NCBI GenBank assembly: GCA_038826135.1
Contig: JAWBON010000015.1
Coordinates: forward strand, 1 to 24,919
Direction: 5' to 3'
Origin: Candidatus Odinarchaeota archaeon
GTDB taxonomy: Archaea > Asgardarchaeota > Odinarchaeia > Odinarchaeales > Odinarchaeaceae
DNA: 24,919 nt
Under the pieces are notes generated by a model. That model ran no database searches and was not told where the DNA came from. It saw only the letters and a program-made list of their open reading frames with translations. Shown in pieces: positions 8,565 through 18,065 of this stretch (positions within the stretch are counted from its first letter, which is position 1; each line of letters begins with the position of its first letter). Position numbers and translations under genes: made by a program.

Positions 8565-10535
8565 TTAATCAGGGCCTTTATAGCCAACCTCTTTCTTCAA
8601 TCCCTCTACACTCTCCGGGTTCTGGAGAGTCATAATATTCCCTAAAGGCTCATTTCTAACAAGTGCTCTGAGAATTCTCCTCATTATTTTACCGCTTCTT
8701 GTCTTAGGTAGATCCTCTGCAAAAATTATTCTCTCAGGTTTACCGGTAGGCCCTATTCCCTTAACCACCTGTTCAACGATCTCCTTCTCTAATTGCTGGG
8801 TTACTGTGGCCCCTGGTTTAAGAATTATGAAAGCCACAGGCGCCTCTCCTTTAATCTCATGTGGTTGAGCTACAACCGCTGCTTCAGCCACAGCAGGATG
8901 GCCGCAGATAACACTTTCAAGTTCACCTGTCGATAGCCTGTGACCTGCAACCTTCATAACATCGTCCACTCTGCCTGTAATCCTTATGTACCCTTCCTCT
9001 GTGAAATAGGCACCGTCAGAGCTGAAGTATACTTTACCACCGTACTCTCCGAAATATGTTTTCTTGTATTTCTCAGGGTCACCCCAAATAGTTCGAAGCA
9101 TACCTGGCGCTAGGGGAGTTTTCTGTACAAGGTAGCCTACATCTCCTTCAGCTGGTCTGTTACCTTTATCATCGTATATGTCGTGTTGAACCCCTGGGAA
9201 TGATCTACACGCTACAGTTGGGATAAACGGCCCGATTCCTGGTATGGAGTTAATTATGGTACCCCCTGTTTCAGTCTGCCACCATGTGTCTGTTATAGCG
9301 CAGCGGCCTCCGCCTACAATGTTAAAGTACCACATCCACGCATCTAGGTTAATAGGCTCACCAACTGTTCCGAGGATTCTGAGAGTGCTTAGATCATATC
9401 TTTTAACCCATTCATCACCCATCTTAATGAACATTCTAATAGCTGTCGGCGCTGTGTAGAAAATGTTTATACCATATTTCTCGATTATAGACCACCATCT
9501 ACCCCAATCCGGTGTGTCAGGGGCGCCCTCGTATATTACCTGTGTTCCACCGCATAGAAGCGGGCCATAGCAGGCGTATGTGTGACCTGTAACCCAACCG
9601 ATGTCAGCTGTACACCAGTATATGTCCTCGTCATGTAAGTCGAAAACCCATTTAGTTGTTATATAAGCTTGAACAGCGTAGCCGCCTGTTGTGTGAACTA
9701 TACCTTTAGGTTTCCCTGTTGTTCCGCTTGTGTAAAGGATGTATAACACGTCTTCGCTATCCATCTGCTCCGGTTCACAATAGTCGTCAGCTTCACTCAT
9801 TAACTCATGATACCAGTAATCTCTTCCATTAATCCAGTTTACATCGATTCCAGCCCGTTTAACAACTATAACTTTCTCAACAGTTGTTCCCTCTACAGCT
9901 TCATCAGCACTAGCTTTAAGATTTATAACTTTACCTCTCCTATAGTAACCGTCAGATGTTACCAGAATCTTCGACTTAGCGTCATCTATACGGTCTTTAA
10001 GCGACTGTGCGCTAAACGCTGAGAAAACCACACTGTGCGGTGCTCCTATTCTAGCACATGCGAGCATGGCGATCTGAACTTCAGGTATCATAGGTAAATA
10101 AATGCTTACTCTATCACCTTTCTTAACACCCAGCTTCTTTAAAACGTTAGCGAATTTGTTAACTTCTCTGTAAAGATCGTTATAGGTTAAAATTCTATTA
10201 GGCTCATTTACCGGTTCAGGTTCCCATATTATCGCTGCCTTATTTCTCCTCCATGTCTCCACATGCCTGTCTACAGCATTATAACACATGTTTAATTTAC
10301 CGCCTACGAACCATTTGAAAAATGGCAGGCTCTCTTCATACACTTTATCGAATGGTTTAAACCATGTTATCGTCTCTTTAGCTATTTTAGCCCAGAAACT
10401 CACAGGATCCTTCTGTGCGTCCTCATATATTTTATCATCGCTCATAATAGCGTACTTTTTAAGCTCTTTAGAAGGCCAAAAAACATTCGGTTTTTTAGCA
10501 TCTTTTACAACCCATTGAACTCCCTTTCTTATCAT
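8565..10535 (-). CDS. acsA: AMP-forming acetyl-CoA synthetase
   Basis: YTSGTTGKPKG, DTWWQTETGG, GRVDDV and PKTRSGKIMRR (acetylatable Lys). GAGGTGAT SD just upstream of the ATG. Confidence 0.95.
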   Translation of the reverse strand: MIRKGVQWVVKDAKKPNVFWPSKELKKYAIMSDDKIYEDAQKDPVSFWAKIAKETITWFKPFDKVYEESLPFFKWFVGGKLNMCYNAVDRHVETWRRNKAAIIWEPEPVNEPNRILTYNDLYREVNKFANVLKKLGVKKGDRVSIYLPMIPEVQIAMLACARIGAPHSVVFSAFSAQSLKDRIDDAKSKILVTSDGYYRRGKVINLKASADEAVEGTTVEKVIVVKRAGIDVNWINGRDYWYHELMSEADDYCEPEQMDSEDVLYILYTSGTTGKPKGIVHTTGGYAVQAYITTKWVFDLHDEDIYWCTADIGWVTGHTYACYGPLLCGGTQVIYEGAPDTPDWGRWWSIIEKYGINIFYTAPTAIRMFIKMGDEWVKRYDLSTLRILGTVGEPINLDAWMWYFNIVGGGRCAITDTWWQTETGGTIINSIPGIGPFIPTVACRSFPGVQHDIYDDKGNRPAEGDVGYLVQKTPLAPGMLRTIWGDPEKYKKTYFGEYGGKVYFSSDGAYFTEEGYIRITGRVDDVMKVAGHRLSTGELESVICGHPAVAEAAVVAQPHEIKGEAPVAFIILKPGATVTQQLEKEIVEQVVKGIGPTGKPERIIFAEDLPKTRSGKIMRRILRALVRNEPLGNIMTLQNPESVEGLKKEVGYKGPD

Positions 10536-10661
10536 CGTATCACCTCTGGAAAGAGATAATTAATCAGTTCACTGTTAAAAATATATTCCTATAAAAAGCT
10601 TTAGGAGTAATCATCAATGTGTTAAAGGAAACTGTTTCACGTTAAAATGTTGCTAGGTAAA

Positions 10662-10676
10662 CGTAAAATTTATAAT
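10662..10676 (+). promoter_or_regulatory. Probable BRE-TATA promoter of carAB
   Basis: CGTAAAA followed by TTTATAAT, about 55 nt upstream of the carA ATG. Resembles the archaeal BRE/TATA consensus. Not experimentally mapped. Confidence 0.45.
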
Positions 10677-10728
10677 ATTAGTGTAGGTTAAAGTTTTGAG
10701 CTTGAGATAATAATTTAACGGTGTAAGC

Positions 10729-11865
10729 ATGTTTAATAAGAGGGAATTATTCAACGCGGTGCTTGTTTTAGAGGATGGCTCTATTTTCAGAGGATTCAGC
10801 TTCGGTGTGAAAGGCGAGTTTGAAGGTGAAGTTGTATTTAACACAGGTATGGTCGGCTACCCTGAATCTCTCACCGACCCATCTTACCATGAACAATTTT
10901 TATGTTTAACATATCCGTTGATAGGGAATTACGGTGTTCCTTCATATGATGTAATTGAATATTCTTTACCAAAATATTTCGAATCGGATAGGATCCAGGT
11001 TAAAGGCTTAATAATAAGCGAATTATGTTTTAACCCAAGCCACTGGCTTTCTGCTAAAAGTTTAAACAACTGGCTAGTTGAACACGGTATCCCCGGAATT
11101 TTCGGAGTGGATACTAGAAGTCTTACTAAAAAACTCCGGGAGAAAGGGGTTATGCTAGGGATTCTTAAAACAGCTGAAAGCGCTGCTGAAATAGATGAAT
11201 CCGAGCTTATTAAGAAAGCTAAGAGAATCCGTGATCCTAATGAGAGGAATCTGGTGGCTGAGGTGAGCACTAGGGAAACTTTAATTTACAATGAAGGGGG
11301 GCGGCTGCGTGCAGTCTTATATGACTGCGGTGTTAAATATAATATAATTAGGTGTCTTGTGAAAAGAGGAGTTGAGGTTGTAAGAGTCCCCTATGACACG
11401 CCGTTTGACAAGGTTCTCAGCTATAAGCCTAACGGTGTTTTAATAAGTAATGGACCGGGTGATCCTAAAAAAGTAACTTCACTAATACTTAACGTTCGTA
11501 AACTTTTAGAAACGGATCTAACTATTATGGGGGTTTGTTTAGGTAACCAGATTTTAGCTTTAAGCGGCGGCGCGGATACATATAAATTAAAATACGGGCA
11601 CAGGTCTCAGAATCAGCCTTCACTGGATGTTTTCACCAATAAATGTTATATTACCAGCCAGAACCACGGCTACACGGTTTCAGAGAATACTTTAGAGGGA
11701 ACCGGGTTCAAGCCATGGTTTGTAAACGTGAACGATCATACGAATGAGGGTATAATCGATAAGACCGGTAATGTATTCGCAGCGCAGTTTCACCCTGAAA
11801 ATCATCCCGGCCCTGTTGAAACAGAATTTATTTTCGACATGTTCGTGAAGAGGATGAGTGGCTGA
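10729..11865 (+). CDS. carA: Carbamoyl-phosphate synthase small (glutaminase) subunit
   Basis: GEVVFNTGMVGYPESLTDPSY, ISNGPGDP, catalytic GVCLGNQ and QFHPE. Confidence 0.97.
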   Translation: MFNKRELFNAVLVLEDGSIFRGFSFGVKGEFEGEVVFNTGMVGYPESLTDPSYHEQFLCLTYPLIGNYGVPSYDVIEYSLPKYFESDRIQVKGLIISELCFNPSHWLSAKSLNNWLVEHGIPGIFGVDTRSLTKKLREKGVMLGILKTAESAAEIDESELIKKAKRIRDPNERNLVAEVSTRETLIYNEGGRLRAVLYDCGVKYNIIRCLVKRGVEVVRVPYDTPFDKVLSYKPNGVLISNGPGDPKKVTSLILNVRKLLETDLTIMGVCLGNQILALSGGADTYKLKYGHRSQNQPSLDVFTNKCYITSQNHGYTVSENTLEGTGFKPWFVNVNDHTNEGIIDKTGNVFAAQFHPENHPGPVETEFIFDMFVKRMSG

Positions 11866-11867
11866 GT

Positions 11868-14800
11868 ATGCCTAAAATGGAATGGATTCGGAAAACATTA
11901 ATACTGGGAAGCGGGGCTATTAGAATAGGACAGGCTGGTGAATTCGACTATTCTGGAAGTCAGGCTTTAAAAGCACTCTCCGAGGAGGGTGTCCAGACAA
12001 TTCTGGTTAATCCTAACATAGCTACTATTCAAACCGATCCTAAACTAGCCGGTAAAGTCTATCTTCTACCTTTAACAGCAGAATATATTGAAAAAGTTAT
12101 AGAAAAAGAGAGGCCTGACAGTATTCTTTTAAGCTTCGGAGGCCAGACGGCTCTCAACGTTGGTGTTGAACTGTATGAGAAAGGTATCCTAGACAAATAC
12201 GGGGTTCGGGTTATCGGAACCCCTGTTCGAGCTATTCAAGTAACCGAGGATCGTGAACTTTTTAAAGAGGCTATGATGGAAGCCGGTGTTAACGTTTTAA
12301 AAAGCAAGGTCGCTGTAGGCATAGAGGAAGCTGTCAGAATAGCTGAGGAGATAGGCTACCCTGTGATTGTTAGAGTAGCTTACACTCTAGGTGGTAAGGG
12401 TTCAGGTGTAGCCTATAACTCAGAGGAGCTTTTAGAGATAGCTCAGAGAGGTTTAAAACAGAGCAGAATCAGCCAGATACTTATAGAGGAATACGTGGGA
12501 GGCTGGAAGGAGATAGAATACGAGGTTGTCCGTGACAGTGATGATAACTGCATAATTGTATGTAACATGGAGAATTTTGACCCTATGGGTGTACACACAG
12601 GCGAATCAATAGTAGTAGCTCCATCTCAAACCCTCACTAATAACGAATACCACGCTCTAAGGGATGCTTCTATCAGAGCTGTTAGAACCGTGGGCGTTAT
12701 AGGTGAATGCAATATACAGTATGCTCTCGACCCTAACTCTGATAGATTCTACGCTATAGAGATTAATGCACGGCTTTCAAGATCTTCAGCTCTCGCTTCG
12801 AAGGCGACAGGTTACCCGTTAGCGTATATAGCAGCTAAACTCGCAATCGGCTATACTCTACCTGAACTTATCAATAAGGTAACCCTTAAAACAACAGCCT
12901 GTTTTGAACCGGCATTAGACTATATAACCGTTAAAATACCTAGATGGGATCTCCGTAAATTCCATAACGTAAGCCGTCTTCTAGGACCGCAGATGAAGAG
13001 TGTAGGAGAGGTTATGTCGATCGGTAGAAGCTTCGAGGAGGCTCTTCAGAAAGCTGTTCGAATGCTTGACATCGGTAAAATAGGGTTGGTTGCTAATAGA
13101 AACCAGCCGCATCTTTCACGTGAAACAATAGAATACAGGCTCGCTCATCCCACGGATGAGCGGCTATTCGATATAGTGACTGCTTTAAAATCAGGTTTCA
13201 CAGTGGAGGAGGTTAGTAAACTAACTGGGATAGATCAATGGTTTATAGGTAAAATAAGAAGCATCATCGATTTAGAGTATAATCTATCAAGTTATAGAGG
13301 TAAGATTACCCGACCAGATTTCAGTCTGATAAAACTTTTAAGAGACGCTAAGAAAGCCGGTTTCTCAGACCTGCAATTAGCTAGAATACTCGGAGACGAT
13401 GAGAAAAATATCAGGGAATTACGCAAAAAACATGGGATAACCCCCTACGTGAAGCAGATCGACACTTTAGCAGCGGAGTGGCCTGCTAAAACAAACTATC
13501 TTTACCTTACTTATAATTCTGAGGAAGATGACATGGAATCATTGGATGAGGAGTCTGATAAAATTATTGTCTTAGGGTCTGGAACTTATAGAATAGGTAG
13601 CAGTGTCGAGTTTGATTGGTGTGCTGTCAACATGGTTTGGTCTCTTAAAAAAATGGGTGTGAAACAAGTTATAATGGTTAACTGTAACCCTGAAACTGTT
13701 TCAACCGATTATGATGTATCTGATAAATTATATTTTGAAGAGTTAACTGTGGAGCGGGTACTAGACATATATGAGAAAGAGAAACCTAAAGGTGTTGTTA
13801 TTTCTGTTGGAGGGCAGACCCCTAATAACATAGCTTATCCATTATATGAAGCCGGTGTACCTATACTAGGAACATCCGCTGTTGATATTGATAGAGCTGA
13901 AGACAGGTCTAAGTTCAGCTCCCTACTAGACCGTCTTAGCATACCCCAACCTAAATGGGAGACTTTAACATCGCTTCAAGAGGCTAAGAATTTCTGCAGT
14001 ATAATCGGTTACCCAGCTCTCATACGTCCATCATATGTTTTATCGGGCGCTGCTATGAGGGTTGCTTACGATGAGAGGCAGTTGGAGGAGTTTTTAAAAG
14101 TAGCTTCAGAGGTGTCTGAGGATCATCCTGTAGTTATCAGTAAATTCCTAGAAGATGCTATGGAGGTTGAGGTTGATGGTATATCTGACGGTGAGGAAAC
14201 GTTGATCGGCTCCCTTATCGAGCATGTAGAGTTAGCTGGAACCCATAGTGGAGACGCTACCATGATTATACCCCCGCAAAGTATTCCACCATCAGTTGAA
14301 TCCAAGATAATTCATTACACTCGTAAAATCGCCTCTGCTTTAAATATAAGGGGGCCCTTCAACATACAATACCTTGTGAAAGGCCATGATGTGTTTGTTA
14401 TAGAATGTAATCTAAGAGCATCCAGGTCGATGCCGTTCGTCTCTAAGATAAGAGGCATTAACTTGATGACTATAGCTGCATCTATTCTCCTCGGTAATAA
14501 AATAAGGAACATCTGGTTTGAGGATTACACTTACCCGAGTTATCCAAAATATATTGGTGTTAAAGTCCCGCAATTCTCTTTCATGAGACTTCACGGAGCT
14601 GACCCTGTTCTAGGGGTTGAGATGTTATCCACAGGAGAGGTTGCCTGTATAGGTAAATCTTTTCCAGATGCGTTTATAAAAGCTCTTTTATCAGCGGAGA
14701 ACGAGATCCCGCTTCAAAACGGTAGGGCTCTCTTTTCAGTGGGTGGTGTTGAGTTGAAAGAAAGATTGACGCCTGTGGTTAAAGCTTTTAACGATTTAGG

Positions 14801-15161
14801 ATACGAGATATACGCTACAGAGCACACAGCTGAAGCGTTAATTAAAGCAGGTCTGCCTGTTAAAACAGTCTATAAGATTAGAGAATCCCAGCGTAAACCG
14901 AATATAAAGGATTTGCTTGTAGGTAGACAAATAGATTTAGTGATTAACATACCACAGACAACTACGATAGAAAAATACGTGGAGATTCTGCAGGACGAGT
15001 ATGAGATAAGGCGTAACGCTGTGGAATACAATATCCCTGTTATAACTAATATAAAACTTGCAGAAGCTTTAGCGCATGCGCTTCAAAAAATAAGAGACGA
15101 GGAGATAACAGTGGTTTCATTGAACGAATACATGGATTCTCTTCCACTTAAACTATGGTGA
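11868..15161 (+). CDS. carB: Carbamoyl-phosphate synthase large subunit
   Basis: GSGAIRIGQAGEFDYSG, GVHTGES, IEINARLSRSSALASKATG, second ATP-grasp half GSGTYRIGSSVEFDW...ECNLRASR, and a C-terminal MGS-like domain. Confidence 0.97.
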   Translation: MPKMEWIRKTLILGSGAIRIGQAGEFDYSGSQALKALSEEGVQTILVNPNIATIQTDPKLAGKVYLLPLTAEYIEKVIEKERPDSILLSFGGQTALNVGVELYEKGILDKYGVRVIGTPVRAIQVTEDRELFKEAMMEAGVNVLKSKVAVGIEEAVRIAEEIGYPVIVRVAYTLGGKGSGVAYNSEELLEIAQRGLKQSRISQILIEEYVGGWKEIEYEVVRDSDDNCIIVCNMENFDPMGVHTGESIVVAPSQTLTNNEYHALRDASIRAVRTVGVIGECNIQYALDPNSDRFYAIEINARLSRSSALASKATGYPLAYIAAKLAIGYTLPELINKVTLKTTACFEPALDYITVKIPRWDLRKFHNVSRLLGPQMKSVGEVMSIGRSFEEALQKAVRMLDIGKIGLVANRNQPHLSRETIEYRLAHPTDERLFDIVTALKSGFTVEEVSKLTGIDQWFIGKIRSIIDLEYNLSSYRGKITRPDFSLIKLLRDAKKAGFSDLQLARILGDDEKNIRELRKKHGITPYVKQIDTLAAEWPAKTNYLYLTYNSEEDDMESLDEESDKIIVLGSGTYRIGSSVEFDWCAVNMVWSLKKMGVKQVIMVNCNPETVSTDYDVSDKLYFEELTVERVLDIYEKEKPKGVVISVGGQTPNNIAYPLYEAGVPILGTSAVDIDRAEDRSKFSSLLDRLSIPQPKWETLTSLQEAKNFCSIIGYPALIRPSYVLSGAAMRVAYDERQLEEFLKVASEVSEDHPVVISKFLEDAMEVEVDGISDGEETLIGSLIEHVELAGTHSGDATMIIPPQSIPPSVESKIIHYTRKIASALNIRGPFNIQYLVKGHDVFVIECNLRASRSMPFVSKIRGINLMTIAASILLGNKIRNIWFEDYTYPSYPKYIGVKVPQFSFMRLHGADPVLGVEMLSTGEVACIGKSFPDAFIKALLSAENEIPLQNGRALFSVGGVELKERLTPVVKAFNDLGYEIYATEHTAEALIKAGLPVKTVYKIRESQRKPNIKDLLVGRQIDLVINIPQTTTIEKYVEILQDEYEIRRNAVEYNIPVITNIKLAEALAHALQKIRDEEITVVSLNEYMDSLPLKLW

Positions 15162-16655
15162 ACTGATTATACTGTTAACCTCTTTAGTAAGCCTATCATA
15201 TTTTTCTTTAAGATGCTTTTTAACACCGAGCGTTGATTCTTCGAATTCTCTAATCTTTTTCAATCTATCCGCTCTCATCCTCACATTCTCAGCGGGAGCT
15301 GGCCCGCCTAAATGGGTTTTTCTCTTAATATTCGCTGACGGGTTTAACGCTTCAAGTAATTCGCTTTCACTGATATTTACTTTAACACCTGTCTCTGAGA
15401 GCACTATGTTAACCAGTTCATCACGTGTCAAATCCTTCAAGGTTTTTTTATTCTTTAAAAGCTGGTTAACCAGCCGCCCGGTAATCTGATAGGCTGTTCT
15501 GAAAGATATCCCTTTTTTTACAAGTAGATCTGAAATGTCAACAGCGCTGGAGAAACCCTCCTCAACCATTTTAATCATTCTATTCTTGTTAATCTTAACT
15601 GAGCCTAACATCTTCGATAAAATACTTATAGAGGCTGAAGCGGTGTCTACAGTTTCGAAGAGTATTCTCTTCGTCTCCTGGTAGTCTCTATTATACCCGC
15701 TAGGAAGACCTTTCAGAATACTCATAATCGAGCATAGATTCCCTATAATCCGGCTGGCTCGCGCTCTTATCAACTCAGAGACATCCGGATTCTTTTTCTG
15801 AGGCATAACACTGCTACCTGTAGTGAATTTATCCCCTATCTCAATAAAACTGAACTCGTATGTAGACCATAAAATAGTGTCCTCCGCTATTCTTGAAAGA
15901 TGAACCATCACCATGCACAGTATTGATACAAGTTCAGCTTCAAACTCACCTCTTGATGATACCACATCCAGCGTATTCTCTTGTACACTGTTGAATCCGA
16001 GCAGTTCAGCGGTTAACTCTCTTTTTATACTCCAGGTGAATCCTGCTACAGCGCCAGCGCCCAGCGGGTTTTTATTCAACCTATTATATAACTGGTGGAG
16101 TCTTTCCAAGTTTCTAATAATCGTGTCTACATGACTTAAACACCAGTGTGAAAAAGTAATAGGCTGAGCGTGCTGCATGTGAGTGTATCCTGGCATAATC
16201 GTGTCATAATTCTCTTCAGCTAAATCTAATAGAGTCTTTGAAAAATTAGTTAAACCCTCCATCAAACTTACTATCGCTTCACGCATAAACATTCTTATAT
16301 CTAATATCACCTGGTCGTTTCTAGATCTTGCCAGATGGATTTTACCCCCTATCTCCCTCCCTATTTTCTCCGTGACTAAGTGTTCAATATTTAAATGAAC
16401 GTCTTCAAATTCTCTTCTCAGTTTAATCTTACCCTCTATGTACTCTTTTTTTAAATCCTCTAAAGCCTTTAATATCTTCGATATCTCATTCTTTTTTAAA
16501 AGACCTATCTGGAAGAGCATTATATCATGAGCTTGTGTGCCTAGTATATCGTATAGTATAAGCCTCTCATCAAGCTTAATATCTTCACCAGCCGTGTAAT
16601 CTATTGTTTCATCAACTGTGTCTTCGTTAAAGCGGGCTCGCCAGAAAAAACTCAT
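15153..16655 (-). CDS. argH: Argininosuccinate lyase
   Basis: FEDVHLNIE, ARSRNDQV, MPGYTHMQHAQP, signature GSSVMPQKKNPD and YNRDYQE. Confidence 0.97.
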   Translation of the reverse strand: MSFFWRARFNEDTVDETIDYTAGEDIKLDERLILYDILGTQAHDIMLFQIGLLKKNEISKILKALEDLKKEYIEGKIKLRREFEDVHLNIEHLVTEKIGREIGGKIHLARSRNDQVILDIRMFMREAIVSLMEGLTNFSKTLLDLAEENYDTIMPGYTHMQHAQPITFSHWCLSHVDTIIRNLERLHQLYNRLNKNPLGAGAVAGFTWSIKRELTAELLGFNSVQENTLDVVSSRGEFEAELVSILCMVMVHLSRIAEDTILWSTYEFSFIEIGDKFTTGSSVMPQKKNPDVSELIRARASRIIGNLCSIMSILKGLPSGYNRDYQETKRILFETVDTASASISILSKMLGSVKINKNRMIKMVEEGFSSAVDISDLLVKKGISFRTAYQITGRLVNQLLKNKKTLKDLTRDELVNIVLSETGVKVNISESELLEALNPSANIKRKTHLGGPAPAENVRMRADRLKKIREFEESTLGVKKHLKEKYDRLTKEVNSIISSP

Positions 16656-16700
16656 ATCTAATCCTCTTATTAAAATAACTGTTAATATATGGTGGAAGCT

Positions 16701-17918
16701 CTAGGTTAAATGTTTTTTCAATATTTTATGGAATAACTGGGATTGTTGAAGCATGATGTTAATATAGCCTAATGATGATTTCTGGTCAAATATAGAACCC
16801 TCCTCATAGGTTGCTATGTTCTTATCGTATAGCATCCAGTCAGATTTACGACCGACAACCTGACAGTGACCTTTATAAAGTTTCAAGCGGACAACACCGT
16901 TAACTCTTAAATTAATTTTGTCTATAAACGCCTCTAAGGCTTCTCTTAAAGGATCGAACCATAACCCCGCGTATGCCAGGTAGGTCCAGCGTTCATCCAC
17001 TAATTCTTTAAAATGAAGCTCCTGGAATGTTGACACTGATTTCTCAAGATCTTTATGAGCGGTTATAATTGTAATCGCAGCAGGGCACTCATATGTCTCC
17101 CTTGATTTAATACCTGTAACCCTGTCCTCCATATGATCTATTCTACCAACACCGTGTCCGCCGGCAACTTTATTCAAATACTTTATCAACTCGACTAGAC
17201 TCATCTTCTTGCCGTTAACCGACACGGGAATGCCTTTTTCAAACTCGATTTCAACGTATTCTGGTTTAGCCGGAGCCTTCTCTGGATTAACAGTCATCTG
17301 CCACCCGTCTTCTTTCGGCTCAGAATACGGGTCCTCTAGTATACCACACTCTATAGAGCGACCCCACAGGTTTTCATCAACACTGTATGGGGTTTTAACT
17401 GTGACAGGTACCGGTATTCCGTGTTTTTCAGCGTATTTAATAGAATCGCTTCTACTTATACCCCAGGTGATGACAGGTGTTAAAACCTCTATGTTCGGGG
17501 CTAGTGTTTTTATCCCTATACCCAGCCTTACATTATCATTTCCTTTACCTGTACAACCGTGAGCTATAACATTGATGCCCTCTCTATTAGCTACTTCAAC
17601 AGCTATCTTAGCTATTAGAGGTCTGCCTATAGCTGTGCTAAGAGGGTATGCTCCTTGATAAAGAGAGTTTGCTTTAATAGAGTAACTGACATATCTTTCA
17701 GCGAACTCTTCTTGAGCGTCAACTGTAAAATGTTTTTTAACACCTAGATTTAACGCTTTCCGCTCTACTTCACTCCAATCCTTCTCCTCCTGCCCTAAAT
17801 TAACTATTAGAGTGTACACATCATACCCGTATTCGTCTTGAAGCCATTTAAGCATACATGAAGTGTCAAGTCCACCTGAATAAAGCAGTAAACATTTTTT
17901 ACCTTTCAAAAATACCAC
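16701..17918 (-). CDS. argG: Argininosuccinate synthase (true start probably TTG at 17909)
   Basis: LYSGGLDTS, YPLSTAIGRP, HGCTGKGND, YSVDENLWGRSIE and GIKSRETYECP. Confidence 0.97.
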   Translation of the reverse strand: MVFLKGKKCLLLYSGGLDTSCMLKWLQDEYGYDVYTLIVNLGQEEKDWSEVERKALNLGVKKHFTVDAQEEFAERYVSYSIKANSLYQGAYPLSTAIGRPLIAKIAVEVANREGINVIAHGCTGKGNDNVRLGIGIKTLAPNIEVLTPVITWGISRSDSIKYAEKHGIPVPVTVKTPYSVDENLWGRSIECGILEDPYSEPKEDGWQMTVNPEKAPAKPEYVEIEFEKGIPVSVNGKKMSLVELIKYLNKVAGGHGVGRIDHMEDRVTGIKSRETYECPAAITIITAHKDLEKSVSTFQELHFKELVDERWTYLAYAGLWFDPLREALEAFIDKINLRVNGVVRLKLYKGHCQVVGRKSDWMLYDKNIATYEEGSIFDQKSSLGYINIMLQQSQLFHKILKKHLT

Positions 17919-17958
17919 CGTTTAAAATTAAAACTGGGAATTGGAGATATCAACCATA

Positions 17959-17985
17959 CTTTTATAGGTTCCGTAATTTTTATAA
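17959..17985 (-). promoter_or_regulatory. Tandem TATA-like elements upstream of argG
   Basis: Minus strand reads TTATAAAAA then CCTATAAAAG, about 50-75 nt upstream of argG, which suggests argG-argH has its own promoter. Confidence 0.35.
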
Positions 17986-18008
17986 CAAGGGTATAGTGAT
18001 CCGGTTCT

Positions 18009-18022
18009 AAAAACAACAAAAA
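18009..18022 (-). terminator. Oligo-U-type terminator candidate after the ACT gene
   Basis: TTTTTGTTGTTTTT on the minus strand, about 44 nt after the ACT-gene stop. Archaeal intrinsic terminators are U-tracts. Confidence 0.4.
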
Positions 18023-18065
18023 CTGCGGTGACTGAATATTTTTAAAATTAAATTACTATTACCTA

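Noticed and set aside
10564-10617. Possible C/D-box sRNA on the minus strand (TTGATGA ... CTGA, about 54 nt)
   Set aside because: The size fits, but there are no credible D' or C' boxes or terminal stem, the guides would be almost pure A/T, and it overlaps the likely acs TATA box.
10653-10844. 63-aa minus-strand ORF at the carA 5' end
   Set aside because: It overlaps carA and its promoter antisense, with no RBS or family signal.
11863-11870. TGA read-through or carA-carB fusion
   Set aside because: carB starts 2 nt after the TGA in another frame, both subunits are full length, and no SECIS-like hairpin is evident.
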